Shown here: one piece after another, positions 50,840 through 63,519 of the stretch
Layout: each line of letters opens with the position of its first letter
Position numbering within the stretch: position 1 is the first letter of the stretch
Assembly: GCF_018977255.1 (NCBI RefSeq)
Contig: NW_024704742.1
Coordinates: 63,304,001 to 63,368,000, forward strand
Direction: 5' to 3'
DNA length: 64,000 nucleotides
Source: Callorhinchus milii
Lineage: Eukaryota
Notes under the pieces: model-generated
The model's input: only the letters and a program-made list of their open reading frames with translations
What the model was told of the DNA's origin: nothing
Database searches by the model: none
Position numbers and translations under genes: made by a program

Positions 50840-51425
50840 AATAATAATAATAATCCTTGCATTTTGTTATAGCGCTTTATCACGCTATTGAGTCATTTTC
50901 AATCTTCGACTGTTTGTGGGACATTGCTGTGCGCAATTGGCTGCCGCGTTCGCCCACAAATATACAGTCAATTCACCTTACAGTGTGTTCTGTGAAGCTC
51001 TTTGGGACGTCCTCCCGACGTGAAAAGCGCTATATCAAATGCAAGGATTATTATTATTATGAGTCGTCTCAAAGCGCTTCACAGAATATACTGTAAGGTG
51101 AATTGACGGTATATTTTGTCAACAAAATATACAGTCAATTCACTTTACAGTATATTCTGTGAAGCGCTTTGAGACGTCCCACAGCAGGGTCCCACAACTA
51201 GTCGTGGATTGAAGTGACCAATTTATTATTTTTTTTCGTGAAAGAATTATTATCCCTGGAATAGTGATCGGCCAATCGACTAACAACCGGGTTCCTACTT
51301 ATTGCTAGGTAAACAGAGGCGTGTGGCGTAAGGAAACTTGCCCAACATTTTGCCCTACCGGGAATTAAACCCAGGTCTCTCGCTTGCGAGGCAAGTGGTC
51401 TAACCACTGAGCTACAGGACTCCAT
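50840..51425 (-). mobile_element. Young SINE (long form) containing a sense-strand SINE 3' half (50895-51059) and a palindrome
   Basis: TSD tgagtc at 50889-50894 and 51060-51065; head ends gagctacaggactcca. Confidence 0.85.
51065..51176. repeat. Palindrome: 55-bp arms, 2-nt spacer
   Basis: 51065-51119 equals the reverse complement of 51122-51176 with 2 mismatches. Confidence 0.92.
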
Positions 51426-51574
51426 AACCATAGAAAGGCAGAAGAATGGGACTGAATTCATACCTATACTACAGAGCCAGTACAGGAATAATGGGCTAAG
51501 TAGCATTCTTCTGTGCTCATGCATTTCATACTGAGATCTGAGCTCGCGGGAGTTCCTTGTGGGGGGTGGGAAGT

Positions 51575-52150
51575 AAGTGGGGTTTCCTTGGAGCTGAACT
51601 GGCTCCACGGTGACATGGCCTGGCAATGGAATGTCAGAATCAAGCCAGCCCTCTGTGGTGGTCTCGGTAGTCTGGTTCCTGAGCCAGGCGGGACCGCAGT
51701 ATTCCAGGGTACTGCTGATGACAGCACAGCCAGCCTGGCTTATCGACAGGACCTGGAAGAGCAGACCAGTCAATGGGGGCAGAGAGTCATCCCACTCAGC
51801 TCCTGTTAACCCTGCAAGCCAAAGCCCTAACAGATGGGGTGGTCCAAGCTGGAAAGCTTGCTGAATAGCAATATCAATGGCAAACTGTGCGGTCTTAGCT
51901 TGTTAAACTCCAGCAGCACCCCAACACACACTCGGGAGTCCCCAAGCCTTGGCTCTTGCTAACCTGTGCCTAATATTTTCCGGAATTAGGTAAACAGGAT
52001 GTGTCCCTCCAGGAGAGAGTGCGCATTCCATTCCAACAATCTATCTTTGGTTTCCATTTGTAGATGGGATGCATGGAATTTCCAGCTTGGTTTGGATACT
52101 CTTAAGCATGGGGATGGGTTTTTGCATGTGTCAGACCTGGCTGACTGAAA
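51575..52150 (+). repeat. Family U repeat, longest uninterrupted copy
   Basis: Aligns by eye to the copies at 4282, 10446, 22765, 32008, 39015, 53117 and 54930. Confidence 0.8.
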
Positions 52151-52171
52151 ATTTTAAAAATAATTTACAGT

Positions 52172-52512
52172 TAATAATAATCCTTGTATTTTATATAACA
52201 CCTTATCACATCTTTGGGATGTCTCAAAGCGCTTCACAGAATATACTGTAAAGTGAATTGACTGTATAATTTGTTGGCAAAACGCGGCAGCCAATTGTGC
52301 ACAGCAGTGTCCCACAAACAGCTGTAGATTAAATAACCAAATTATTATTATTATTATTTATTTATATATTTTGAAGGAATTATTACCCCCAGACATGAGA
52401 TCCATCAATCGACTAACACCCGGGTTCCTATTTACCTAACTTGCCTAATGTTTCGCCCTACCCAGGAAGCAAGTCCTCTTTCTTGCGAGGTGAGTGCTCT
52501 AACCACTGAGCT
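52172..52512 (-). mobile_element. Young SINE (long form)
   Basis: Tail, body and head gagtgctctaaccactgagct. Confidence 0.85.
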
Positions 52513-53534
52513 CTTCTCGCCCCCAATGCCACACGATGTGTTCAACCATTTCAACAGTTAAGAAAAAAAATTGCCATCTTAGATATCAGAAATCTTGGCG
52601 GACTTAGTTTTAAATCCTGGAGTTATCATTTCACACAGATACCAACTGAGTTAAGTCTGTAGTCTTGGGTTAGCTGTACTCAAATGCTGATCTCTTTAAT
52701 CAGGAGCAAATTCAGGATAGAGAAATCCTCGGGAGGGGGAAGAATAGACACGTGTATTGATGGCAAATGCAAATAATGCAAATAAATACATATGCAGATA
52801 GAATAATAATAATAACATCGAATAGTTTGTATACTGTTCAAAATCCTGATAGTAAAAATGCAAAGGCGGTCCGAAGATGTGATACAATCTATAATTCAGA
52901 GAGCCCTGAACACAGGTTCTGCCTGCTGTACTGTTGCACACAGAACAACAACTTGCATTTATATGGCGCCCTTCATGCGGGGCATCATCTCAGAGTTCTT
53001 AACAGTGGTTGGAGCCTGACCCCGAGCTGCAGGGCGGGAGGAGGAGATAGTAAGCACGGTCAAAGAGGAAGATTTTCAGTCGTGAGCTAAAAGAGAGAAA
53101 GGAGGCAGAAGACAGAAACCCACCACCATGCTTAAGGGGCTCCAAATCAAACCACTGAGAGTTGTACATACTGTATATTCAAATACTCATATAAAGAGGG
53201 ACTGAGACATGGAAATGAAAGAACAGTGAAACCCAACCCTGAGGAGAGAGAGAAAAATAGATTAAAAGACAGAATCGTGCAAGCTGTCATTTTTAAGGAT
53301 CTGGGTTTATGACTTGGGTACTTTATCACAGGTTGATAGTTTAATCCTATTTTTATGACTTTTGGGAAGAAACTGTATCCAGCCAACTATGTTTTACGTA
53401 TTTGAAGGTGAAAACTGACCTTTTCAGTACCCCTGGGTGGACTCTTGAGTTGCTGAGCAGATCACAATCCTCTCGCACATTGGCACTCTGTCATAAGTAT
53501 GATAACAGCAAGAAAATCTAATGAGGTGTGCATA

Positions 53535-53620
53535 TTTAGAGCTGGTACAGAATTGCTTCCTAACGCAGTTTGTCAAGCAGCTAGCCTGGCTTGCGGCCAT
53601 TGTGGATTTAATCTTCAGTG
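53535..53620 (+). mobile_element. CR1 APE endonuclease fragment
   Basis: LELVQNCFLTQFVKQ...AIVDLIFS. Confidence 0.6.
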
Positions 53621-53988
53621 ATGGATGGTGTAGCCATGGTACATCAGATAGGGGAGCATCGAGGATCCTGAGAGCCTTACAATGGAAGTGTTCCCGAGGG
53701 TACGTGAAGACATTGCTGGTAAAATGTGGGTTTTCATATGCAAACTAAAAGACACCGATGAACATTCCCCTCCACACACAAACACACTTACACACGTATG
53801 CACACAGAAACAGCAAGAAATGTAGTCCATTTTTTAACATGACCTAGATAGAGCTTTGAATTATTTAGCTTGCTAAAAATATCTTATTCCATCATGCTTG
53901 ATGACGTTCACTATTATTACCAATGACGTGCAGGATTCTGCACAAACCTCTATTTCCACCCGACTCTGATTAATCAAGTGTTCTTTTC

Positions 53989-54302
53989 TGTAGCTCAGTG
54001 GTTAGAGCACTCGCTTTGCAAGCGAGAGACCTGAGTTCAATTCCAGGCAGGGCGAAACCTTGGGCAAGTTTCCTTACTCCACACACCTAATAATAATCCC
54101 TCCAAAAAAAAAACAATAATAAATTGGTCATTTTCAATCCACGACTGTTTGTGGGACATTGCTGTGCGCAATTGCCTGCCGCGTTCACCCACAAATATAC
54201 AGTCAATTCACTTTACAGTATATTCTGTGAAGCGCTTTGGGACATCTAGAAGACGTGAAAAGCGCTATATCAAATGCAAGGATTATTATTATTATTATTA
54301 TT
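53989..54302 (+). mobile_element. Young SINE (short form)
   Basis: tgtagctcagtggttagagcactcgctttgcaagcgagagacctgagttcaattcc through (TTA)n. Confidence 0.92.
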
Positions 54303-54671
54303 TAACCTCTCCCACGTTACTTCATTGAAGCTAACTGACACTGAATGCCGTCCAAATCTTATCCACGCAAGGATCTTTAACTGATCTTTTCACCTGAACA
54401 AGAGAGACTGGCTTTCGTTTCAAAACATCATCCCAAGGACATCACCCATGACAAAGTAGCCATTCCCCCAGTATTGTACTGGTGTATCAGCTTGGATTGG
54501 GCCTTGATCTTACTGCCTTTTGGTTCAGGTATAATTGTAGGATGCAGTTTAGATGTCTCATGAATTTATCCCTGGTTGTTGCTGATGGAACACTGATGTC
54601 AAAGAGACATTTATTGTGGTAGCAATAGAAAAGCGACTGATTACCCAGGGCTAATGCTGTGCCTCACCCTT

Positions 54672-55245
54672 GGGGGTAGAAATTCCACCAGAGTCTAAAT
54701 TTAGTGACTGAAGTTACTCCAGTCATGACCCATAAAATGATTTTGTCCTAAAATTTATGATCACGCAGAATTCGGGAAAGCTCATCTTTTTAAAAAGTAA
54801 GAAAAAACAGCTTCCAAATTAAGACCAAACTGAATAATTTTCCATAAGTTCTGCACAATCTTAAATTTTAGAAAGATAAAGACTTATCCTAACAAGGTGA
54901 AATTCCAAGCCTTCAGCCATTTTCTTAATGAAAGAGTACAGTGTGCATTCCAGGCAAGGAAGTGTCCATGCGTGGGTGATATAAATATGTGGATCTCTCA
55001 GTCTGGTTTGGATGCTCTTAAGCACACTGATTGGTTTCCGCATATCAAACAAAATTTTTTAGCATTTCAGAGCTTGCAAATTTTGGACATTTTTTAAAAT
55101 CAGTCTTAATTTTGAAACAATTTTTTAAAAAAATAGCGTTCAGAAAAACATCTAGAACATTAAGACTGAATTGTTTTAAAATTGCATGGTCTAGAAAGCT
55201 AAAGGAAAAATCCAAAGTTTAGTCCTCAGTGGAATTTTTGACCTC
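54672..55245. mobile_element. Foldback/MITE-like element with long imperfect inverted arms
   Basis: Ends gggggtagaaattccaccagagtctaaa and tttagtcctcagtggaatttttgacctc; inner arms cttccaaattaagac and gtcttaattttgaa. Confidence 0.65.
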
Positions 55246-56348
55246 TTTTCCCCTTTGTTTCCAGCTGTGAAGCAAAGTGGAGCAGAAAATCTGATTTTTA
55301 CTTTTTTCTCCCTATCACACTGTCACATTGGGGCTAGTAAGAAAGTAACATATGATTTTAGAGTGCTCACGCTTTCCAGGGCTCTGAAATTGGATGCTAA
55401 TTCTCTCATGTTATTAAAAAGACAGCTGCCTTAGTAAAAAATGATCCCTTCCCTGGAAACTTGTCGGAGTATTTTTTTTAGTCATTTCATGTGCTGAAAT
55501 GTTCAGTCTCAGGAAGTCTTACTTTCCGCTCCAAGGGACAGATTGTCCCGCGGCAGGTCTTGAATGGATTTTACAAAAAGTAATTTTTACTTGGAAAATT
55601 GCTTCGGAAATCATTCCGGCACACAGTCAGCAATGCAAAGATGTAATTGTACACTTTGTGACATATCATGCAGGCTGCGTTTATACAGATTGGAAGAAGT
55701 CTTCTGGCACGATGATTTTGCAAGTCAGCACTTTTTAATGTGCATTTCACCTGATATATACATGGACCCCACAGAGTCCTAAATTCTGAGAACTTAGCCT
55801 GGCATCCGTAATTGTGAGGGGCAGATAACAGGATAATCAAGGAGGCTCCAAATGAGTGTTCCACAGAAGCAGAAATCAATGTACTGAGGCTTGCTTTTTG
55901 CACCTGAGATTATAACAGTTTGCGACATCAAGCATGCTCACTTTAAAAATTGTCATTAAAATCTGCAGGTGCCTATCACTCTCGCTGGCCTTTTGGTGAT
56001 TGCATTCATCCACAACAAAAACATTTTTAATCTCTCCGAATTAGCTATCTGAGAGAGATGTGGGCTGTGTGGAATGTGATGTGCTAATTATCACCGGTGG
56101 TAACACATATTTTACACCTTTGTTCCTATAATTGTTGTCAAATTGATTCAAAATGATTTGAGGGGTGGAGAGAGAGATACACACACACATGGGTACTGGA
56201 GGAAGGATATGCATGGAAAAACATGCAAAGAAAAGAGCAAAGAAATGTGCTAATGGGTAGCTGTTGTTTAGTAACTAAAATATGTTGAGTTAACATGATA
56301 CAAACTTTTGGTCTGACCTCCCAAATCATTTACTGCACAGAATTGATA

Positions 56349-57045
56349 AACAACAACAACAATATTACATTTGTATAGCATCTTTCACGTCGGGAGGACG
56401 TCCCAAGGCACTGGACAGTGTACAGCATTTCAGACCCGAGCTGGGGTCAAGGGGGAGAAGGGAGGGGAGGGGAAGGGGGGTGACCGATGGCATGGTCGAA
56501 GAGGAGGGTCTTGAGGCTAGACTTGAAGCAGGCTAAGGAGGGGGCGAGGCGGAGTGACTGGGGGATGGAATTCCAGAGGTTGGGGGCAGAGTGGCTGAAG
56601 GCTCTCCCGCCAATGGTGGGCGGGTGGGTCGGGGGACGTGGAGCAGACTGGAGCCGGTTGAGCAGAGGGAACAGGCGGCTTGGTATGGGATTAGGAGGTC
56701 ACAAAGGAAGGGTGGGGTGAGACCATGGAAGGCTTTGTAGGTGAGGACCAGGATCTTGAGCTGGATCCGCTGAAGGACAGGGAGCCAGTGGAGTTTGGCG
56801 AGAATGGGGGAGATGGGGTCATGGAGTTTGGTGCGGGAAAGAACATGGGCTGCAGAGTTCTGGATTATCTGCAGGCTGTGGAGGGAGGAGTTGGGAAGGC
56901 CGACAAGCAGGGTGTTTGTATAGTCGAGCCTGGAGGTTATGAAGGCATGAACAAGAGTTTCAGCGGCCCAAGGGGTGAGGTAGTGGTGGAGTCAGGCAAT
57001 GTTACGGAGGTGAAGGAAGGCAGAGTGGGTCATGGTTTGGATGGG
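56349..57045 (-). mobile_element. L2 3' fragment
   Basis: Tail near-identical to the reverse complement of 29640-29890. Confidence 0.9.
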
Positions 57046-57659
57046 TAAAATGTGATAAAATGTAAAAGCATGGATTAATCGCTCTGAACCCTAACGCTGT
57101 GTCATCATCTAAAAAAAATCCTAGCTATTTAAAGTATTAATAGGGAACAAAGGTGTTCATTCTGGTTTGTGATGGTTACAAAATCATTTCTTCAGCTTTC
57201 AGGGAAAGTCAGTAACTTTTAATCAGATGACAAACACAATGTTACACTAATGCATTGCATTGTCTGCATTGTGATCTTGTACTCATTGGGTAGAACTACA
57301 GAATGCAACTGATAGTCACTGAGTGTAATTTTGCTATAAGTAGTGGCAGCTTAATTAGGAGCTTTTTGGGAAGTCGTGCATAAAGGATGCCTTAATAGAG
57401 GTTAAAATGTAAAGTATTTAACGTTTGTGCCCAATATTTGCTTTTATTAAAATGATTAATTGCTTATTATTTAAAGATCATGCAAAAATCTGCAGGTAGG
57501 CATCCATGCTGTCAGAGGCATTGGTTGTGTGAAAATGTGTTTGGCAAAGTTCGGTTTGTTCATGTGCCTTTGACTAACAGGAAAATGTTAAAGGATCACC
57601 ACAGCAGTGAGACTGTTAAAGGTGCTTTCAGGTCTTGAGTGTGGAAATGCAGAGATCAA

Positions 57660-57770
57660 GGAGGAGGAAAATGAGTAAGAACGGGGAATAGGTGAAGGAG
57701 GAGGAAGAGAATGAGGAAGAGAAGGTAATGGAGAAAGATGAGAAGTAGAAGGAAGAAGAGAGGATGGGCA
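57660..57770. repeat. Purine-rich (GAG/GAA) low-complexity tract
   Basis: Seen directly. Confidence 0.7.
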
Positions 57771-57847
57771 GGGAGTTCATAGGATGTGTCATAATGTTGT
57801 TCTTGATGGATAAATCAAGATGCCCAACTCAGAATAGTTTCTTATAA

Positions 57848-58003
57848 TAGATAATTATTTGGGGAGGACAAGTTTGCAGGGCTATGGATAGAGAGCGGGG
57901 GAATGGGATTGATTTGGGTAGCTCTTTTCAAAAAACTGGTACAGACATGATGGGCCAATGGCATCCTTCTGTGCAGTATAATTCTATGATTTTATGATTC
58001 TTC
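57848..58003 (+). mobile_element. CR1 3' tail
   Basis: gataattatttggggaggaca..tttgcagggctatgg...ttctatgattttatgattc. Confidence 0.8.
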
Positions 58004-58143
58004 ATGGAAACAATATGAAGAAATATTGTGAAGAGTTTTGTGAAGCACTTTAGGAATTTCTCAAAGTTATAGGTGCGACATAAAATACAAAGATTATTAT
58101 TAATATTGTAACCTTAGAGTTTCTAAATACCCTAAATACCCAC

Positions 58144-58425
58144 CGGGTCTGGCCTCCTCCTTGTCCCCCGAGTCCTCCGCTCCACCCTCGGCGGCCGTGC
58201 CTTCAGCCACTATGCCCCGAGGCTTTGGAACTGCCTTCCTCACTCCCTTCATCTCGTTCCCTCCCTTCCCATTTTCAGATCTCTGCTGAAGACCTTTCTT
58301 TTTGACCGCGCCTTTGGTCACCTTCCTCCCCCTCCCCCTGGCTCGGCCCCGGGATCCGTTACTGTAAAAGTGCTCTGAGGCGCCATCCGGCGTGGAGGGC
58401 ACTATATAAATCCAAGTTCTTGTAT
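58144..58425 (+). mobile_element. L2 3' end, same subfamily as 18223-20612
   Basis: Near-identical to the reverse complement of 18230-18505. Confidence 0.9.
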
Positions 58426-58569
58426 TTAGTAGGCTGTATTAGGGAAACCTAACAATATTAATGCCTCCACAGACAAAAAGATCAGGTTGCCTGAGTTAAT
58501 GGTGAAGGAGAGGATACAAAATGGAGTTGCACCTGCACTTAATTTTGCACCACTATGTCTACGTATGAA

Positions 58570-59400
58570 CTCAATCCACGACTGTTTGTGGGTCAGTGCT
58601 GCGTGCAATTGGCTGCCACGTTTCGCCCACAAAATATGCAGTCAATTCACTTTTCAGTATATTCTGTAAAGTGCTTTCAGACCTCTCGAAGACATGATAA
58701 GGTTTTGTTTGAAAAGAAATGTCTTGTTTGACCCTGAACTGTCCTTTCTCCCCCACATCCTCGCCATGACTGACACTGCCTACCACCACCTCCGCAATAT
58801 TGCCAGACTCCGCCACTGCCTCACCCTTCAGGCTCCGAAACCCTCACCCACACATTCGTCACATCAAGGCTCGATTATGGAAACTCCCTCCTCATCGGCC
58901 TTCCCAACTCTTCCCTTCACAAGTTTCAGATCATCCAAAACTCTGCAGCTCATGTACTCTCGCGTACCAGGCCCTGTGACCCCATCATTCCCACCCTCGC
59001 CCGACTCCACTGGCTCCCCATCCCCCAGAGGATCGAGTTCAAGATCCTTGTCCTCACCTTTAAGGCCATCCATGGCCTTGCCCCCTCCTACCTCTCTGAC
59101 CTGCTGACTCCCTTTCAACCTGCCCGCTCCCTCCGTTCTTCGGGTTCCGGTCTGCTCCATGTCACCCACCCAACCTGCCCTACCATCGGTGGCCGGGCTT
59201 TCAGCCTCTCTGCCCCCACACTCTGGAATTCCATCCCACAGTCCCTTTGCCTCGCTTCCTCCCTTGCCTCCTTCAAGGCCGGTCTCAAAACCCTTCTCTT
59301 CGACTGTGCCTTTGGTCTCCCTCCCACCTCTCTGCCTTCCCTCACCCCTACACCACCCCTCCCCCATGCTTGGACCCTGACACCTGACTGTTCAGCATTT
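58570..59400 (+). mobile_element. SINE 3' part (~58570-58705) followed by L2 (~58720-59400)
   Basis: [13 protein letters not shown] and HHLRNIARLR motifs. Confidence 0.88.
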
Positions 59401-59494
59401 TGTCTCTTAATATCCAACCAGAAGATGAACATGACAATAAAGTGTCTAAACACTTTATATGTGAAGGGACTAGATAATGATAAACTGAACTGGA

Positions 59495-60035
59495 TGCCTA
59501 GATTGCACACTGGTTCAGTGAATCTGAGAGAGAACTGTGCTTAAGGTCACCTCAATGGAGAGGTTGAAGAGTTCAGATCTGCACGAGTGAAGATGTTGAC
59601 AGGTGCCAAGGAATGTGGCTTCTGTCTTGTTCACATTCAGCTGCAGATAGTTTGCAGTTATCCAGGCCCTGATGTCTGCCAGACAAGCCGATAGAACATT
59701 GGCGGACCTGGAGTCACAGCTTGAGGAGGCAAAGTAGATTTGTTTGTCATCCGCACACATGTGGAAGTTTATCCTGTGTCTGAGGTTGACTTTGCCCGGA
59801 GGGAGCATATAGATGAGGAAAGAAAGGGGGCCAAAGATGGAGCCCTGGGGCACCCTGCAGGTGACCAGGCCGGGAGCAGGAGGAGAAACCATTTGCCGAG
59901 ATTAAATGGAGGCGGTTGGTTAAGTAGGACTCGAACCATGCGAGTGCGGTCCCATTAAGGTGGATGAAAGAGGAGAGGCGGTGGAGGAGGATGGTGTGGT
60001 CGACTGTATCGAATGCAGCAGAGACATCCAGGAGG
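59495..60035 (-). mobile_element. L2 RT fragment
   Basis: VPQGSIFGPLSF, HMCADDKQIY and LQLNVNKTE motifs. Confidence 0.85.
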
Positions 60036-61484
60036 ATAGCACAGGGATGAGACAGTCATTCCAGGAAGTGACAGGTATAAGGTAATGTGGAAAGATCTCA
60101 GTACCTGGCAGATGAAATGATGGCAGAAAATCCCATTTTTCCTATAGTGTAGCAACTCTACAGAGAGTGTTGTACAAAAGATACATGCTCCAGGAGACCC
60201 CATTCTTCTGAAGTGGCTGTCAAGCCAGTCTCGGCTGAGTAGTCGCAAATTGAAAGCATTCAGATATGAATATTATTGGTCATGACATTGTTCGAGAAGC
60301 TGAGTTTTCTGGTGGTTTAAATACATTTATAAGAGTTTTATAAAGGACCACTTTTGTATTTCCTAGATGAACTAATTCATTTCACTCATCTTGCTGCTGT
60401 ATTGAACTATTCTTTTCCTACCCCATCCTCCATCCATTCAGCTACCTCAGGCCAGCCACACATCCTCCACTCCCTCCTCGCAAAGCCTTCAGTGACTGTG
60501 CCCCTAACCACTGGAACTCTTTCCCTCTATTTCACCCCTCTCTAACTTTCTTTAAAATTCTGCCTTAAACCTTATCTCTTTGCCCGTGTCAATGGTCACC
60601 GACCTCTTCTCCATCTCCCTTCTCCCATGTGTAGTGTTCTGGGACATTACATGAAAATTACGGTATAAATGCAAGCTGTTATTGTTCTTAGCCATCCAAA
60701 GTTATCTTTACTTCACAAGCTTCAAGTGCCCTTTCCTACACACTCTTCCTTCTACCCACATCCTTACTTCCCTCCACCCCCACACTCTCTGTCTAAATCT
60801 TTCTCAAGACCTCAAATGTACAGAACAACTCACCTATCTCAGTCGTATCTGTGACCTCCTTTTTCATGGCCTTGACTTATCTTGCTCTCTTTCCTGTTCT
60901 TTCCTGCCTTTGGTGGCGCTATAGGATCTTGGTTCTTCACTGAATTTTCTCAGTTAAAATTAATATTGGGTTGGAATCATGGGAAAATTCTTGCTTTGAG
61001 TTTGTTTCCTTTTACAATGGCCGATGAGCAGAAACACAGCACGCTGCAATATCAGATCCAATGCAAGGATTAAGCAAAGCTCCAGCCACAGGGTTTCTAA
61101 ACATATTTCATTTTTTCAAAGAATTTTTAATGAAATCTCTAAGCTTACCTTTCACAGTGATTTACTCATTTTCCTATCTACATGATTCCTGAGTGGTCTC
61201 TCAAAATATCAAAAAAAATTGAACGATCCGGGGACTGAGCTATTCTGTTTATGTATGATCAAAGCATTCAGTTTGTTCCGCGGTTATCTCGCATGTCATT
61301 TTCATTCAGTTTTCATCCCATGGTGCATAATAGGAAAAAGGAAAATATCCAAGGGCCATTTTTTATTTTGTAAAACAAAAAGTCTATCAGTCAGCATATG
61401 CCTGCTTATACAACCTTCTTTTTACGACCTTTTGACTTTAATTTAAAGAAGTAATCAAGAAGGATTTGGAGGTAAAAAAAAAGG

Positions 61485-62740
61485 ACAACAACTTGCATTT
61501 ATAAAGCGCCCCCTCATGCAGGATAACGTCCCAGAGCGCTTGACAGTGCCAGAACACAACACCGAATCAGGGGGAGAGGGAGGTGACCATAGGCAAAGTC
61601 AAATAGGAAGGTCTTCAGGCACAACCTGAAGATGGGGAAGGAAGGGGCAAAATGGAGGGATAGAGGAAGAGTGTTCTAGAGTTTCGGGGCACAGTGGCTG
61701 AAAGTGCAGCTGCTGATGGTGGAACAGAGGGCACGAGGGACATGCAAAAGGCCGGAGCCAGCTGAGCAGAGACAGCAGGTTGTGGGTTGTGGGGTAAGCA
61801 GGTCGTAGAGGTAAGGAGGTGCCAGGGTGTGAAGAGATTTGAAAACAAGTGTGAGATCTTGAAATCGATCCATTCGGTAATAGGGAGTCAGTGGAGCCTG
61901 ACTAGAACTGGTGTGATGGGGGCACGGAGATTAATGTGAGTGAATATGCGGGCAGCGGACTTTTGGATCAGCTGGATCCTATGTATGGTGGAGCAGGGGA
62001 AACTGGCAAAGAGGGTATTTGAAAAGTCGAGTCGGGAAGTGACGAATGCATGGATGAGTGTTTTGGCTGTGTCTGGGGTAAGGTACAGTCAGAGGCGGCA
62101 ATGTGGCGGAAGTGGAGGAAGGTGGTCCTGGTCAGGGACAGGATGTGGGGAAAGAAGGACTGCTAGGGATTGAACCTGATGCCTCAGTTGTGCAACCGTT
62201 CAGTGAGTCTGAGGGATAGGCCGGGGAGGTTGAGGAGGTCAGAGCCGCAGGATAGAAGATGTTGTTGGGAGCCAATGAGTAGAGCTTCCGTCTTGTCAAC
62301 ATTTAGTTGCAGGAAGTTTTCGCTTATCCAGGCCCTGATGTCCGCCAGCAAAGCTAGGAGAATATCGGAATGCCTGGAGTTGCAGCTGGAGGAGGAGAAG
62401 TAGATTTGTGAAAAGCACTATATCAAATGCAAGTTTTTTTTTATATTATGTGAAAGTTTACCCCGTAACTGCGATGACATCACCAAGAGAAAGCATATAG
62501 ATGAGGAAGAGAAGGGGCCAAGTATGGAGCCCCAGGGTACACCACAGGTGACCGGGCTAGAAAAAACATTTAAAGAGACAAAGTGAAGGGGGTTTGTTAA
62601 GGAGGACTCAAACTAGGCTAGGGCGGTCCTACTAGGGTGGATGAGGAGGAGAGGCAGTGGATGAGGTACAGGAGGCTGAGGAGGCAGAGGGCGCCCTGGT
62701 CACAGAGAGAGAGGACGTCATTTGTGACCTTGACAAGCGA
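61485..62740 (-). mobile_element. L2 fragment
   Basis: FKSLHTLAPPYLYDLL and LQLNVDKTE motifs; L2 tail. Confidence 0.85.
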
Positions 62741-63519
62741 CAGTGGGAGGGAAGTGACTTTCATTATCAATAACCCGAGTAAAGGAACAAGATGTCAGCA
62801 AAGTAAAAGATGTGCTCTTGAGAGGAGTTAGGTTTTTATATGAATGGGAGGAAAAATATCTTATTAATTATAATGGGATTAATAGCATTTTTGCCATGAT
62901 TAGATTTATGGAATTCATTTATGTTCACAAGATCATAAGATTGGTTCATAGCTCATCCTTCCAGAACACAAAACCCCCACTGTCCTCCTACCACAGAATA
63001 CTGCAAATGTTACTCCATTGCTTAACTTCAATAACACTTACTGATTCCATAACAATAATAATTATGATTCCATAATTTAGTTCCATTTTTACAACTAAAA
63101 GAACAGTCATTATTGGTAATAATTTCTAATTTCACAGGAATGTAAAAGATTAATGTATTAATTGAAACATTAATTGCACATAAAATGGCAGCATGGTTAT
63201 ACAATGAAGATAATATAACATAATGTTATAACACATAGATTAATAGTAGTACTTTAAATCAAAGAAACGCTAACATAATTTACAGAATACCTGTAATGCC
63301 ATAACATTAAGATGCCATAATATGATTTTATAATACAGTATGAAGATTAGCAGAAGGCTATCAAATGAAAATGCTGTAACCTACCCTGAAGATTGCCAGT
63401 AACATTTTAAGATGTGAGGGTTTTAAAGGTTTGTGCCTTTGGTGACAAATTACCTCACTGGATTGAAAACAGGAAGAAAAACACTTTAGGATACATCAGG
63501 GCAGTAGAGCAAAAGGACA

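Noticed and set aside
51198..51864. Overlapping ORFs across family U as a coding element
   Set aside because: No recognisable domain, and the corresponding region of the 32008-33036 copy has deletions.
53989..54050. tRNA-Ala(TGC)-like sequence with A and B boxes (also near 17131, 44900 and 51350)
   Set aside because: It runs straight into the SINE body and tail, so it is a SINE head rather than a tRNA gene.
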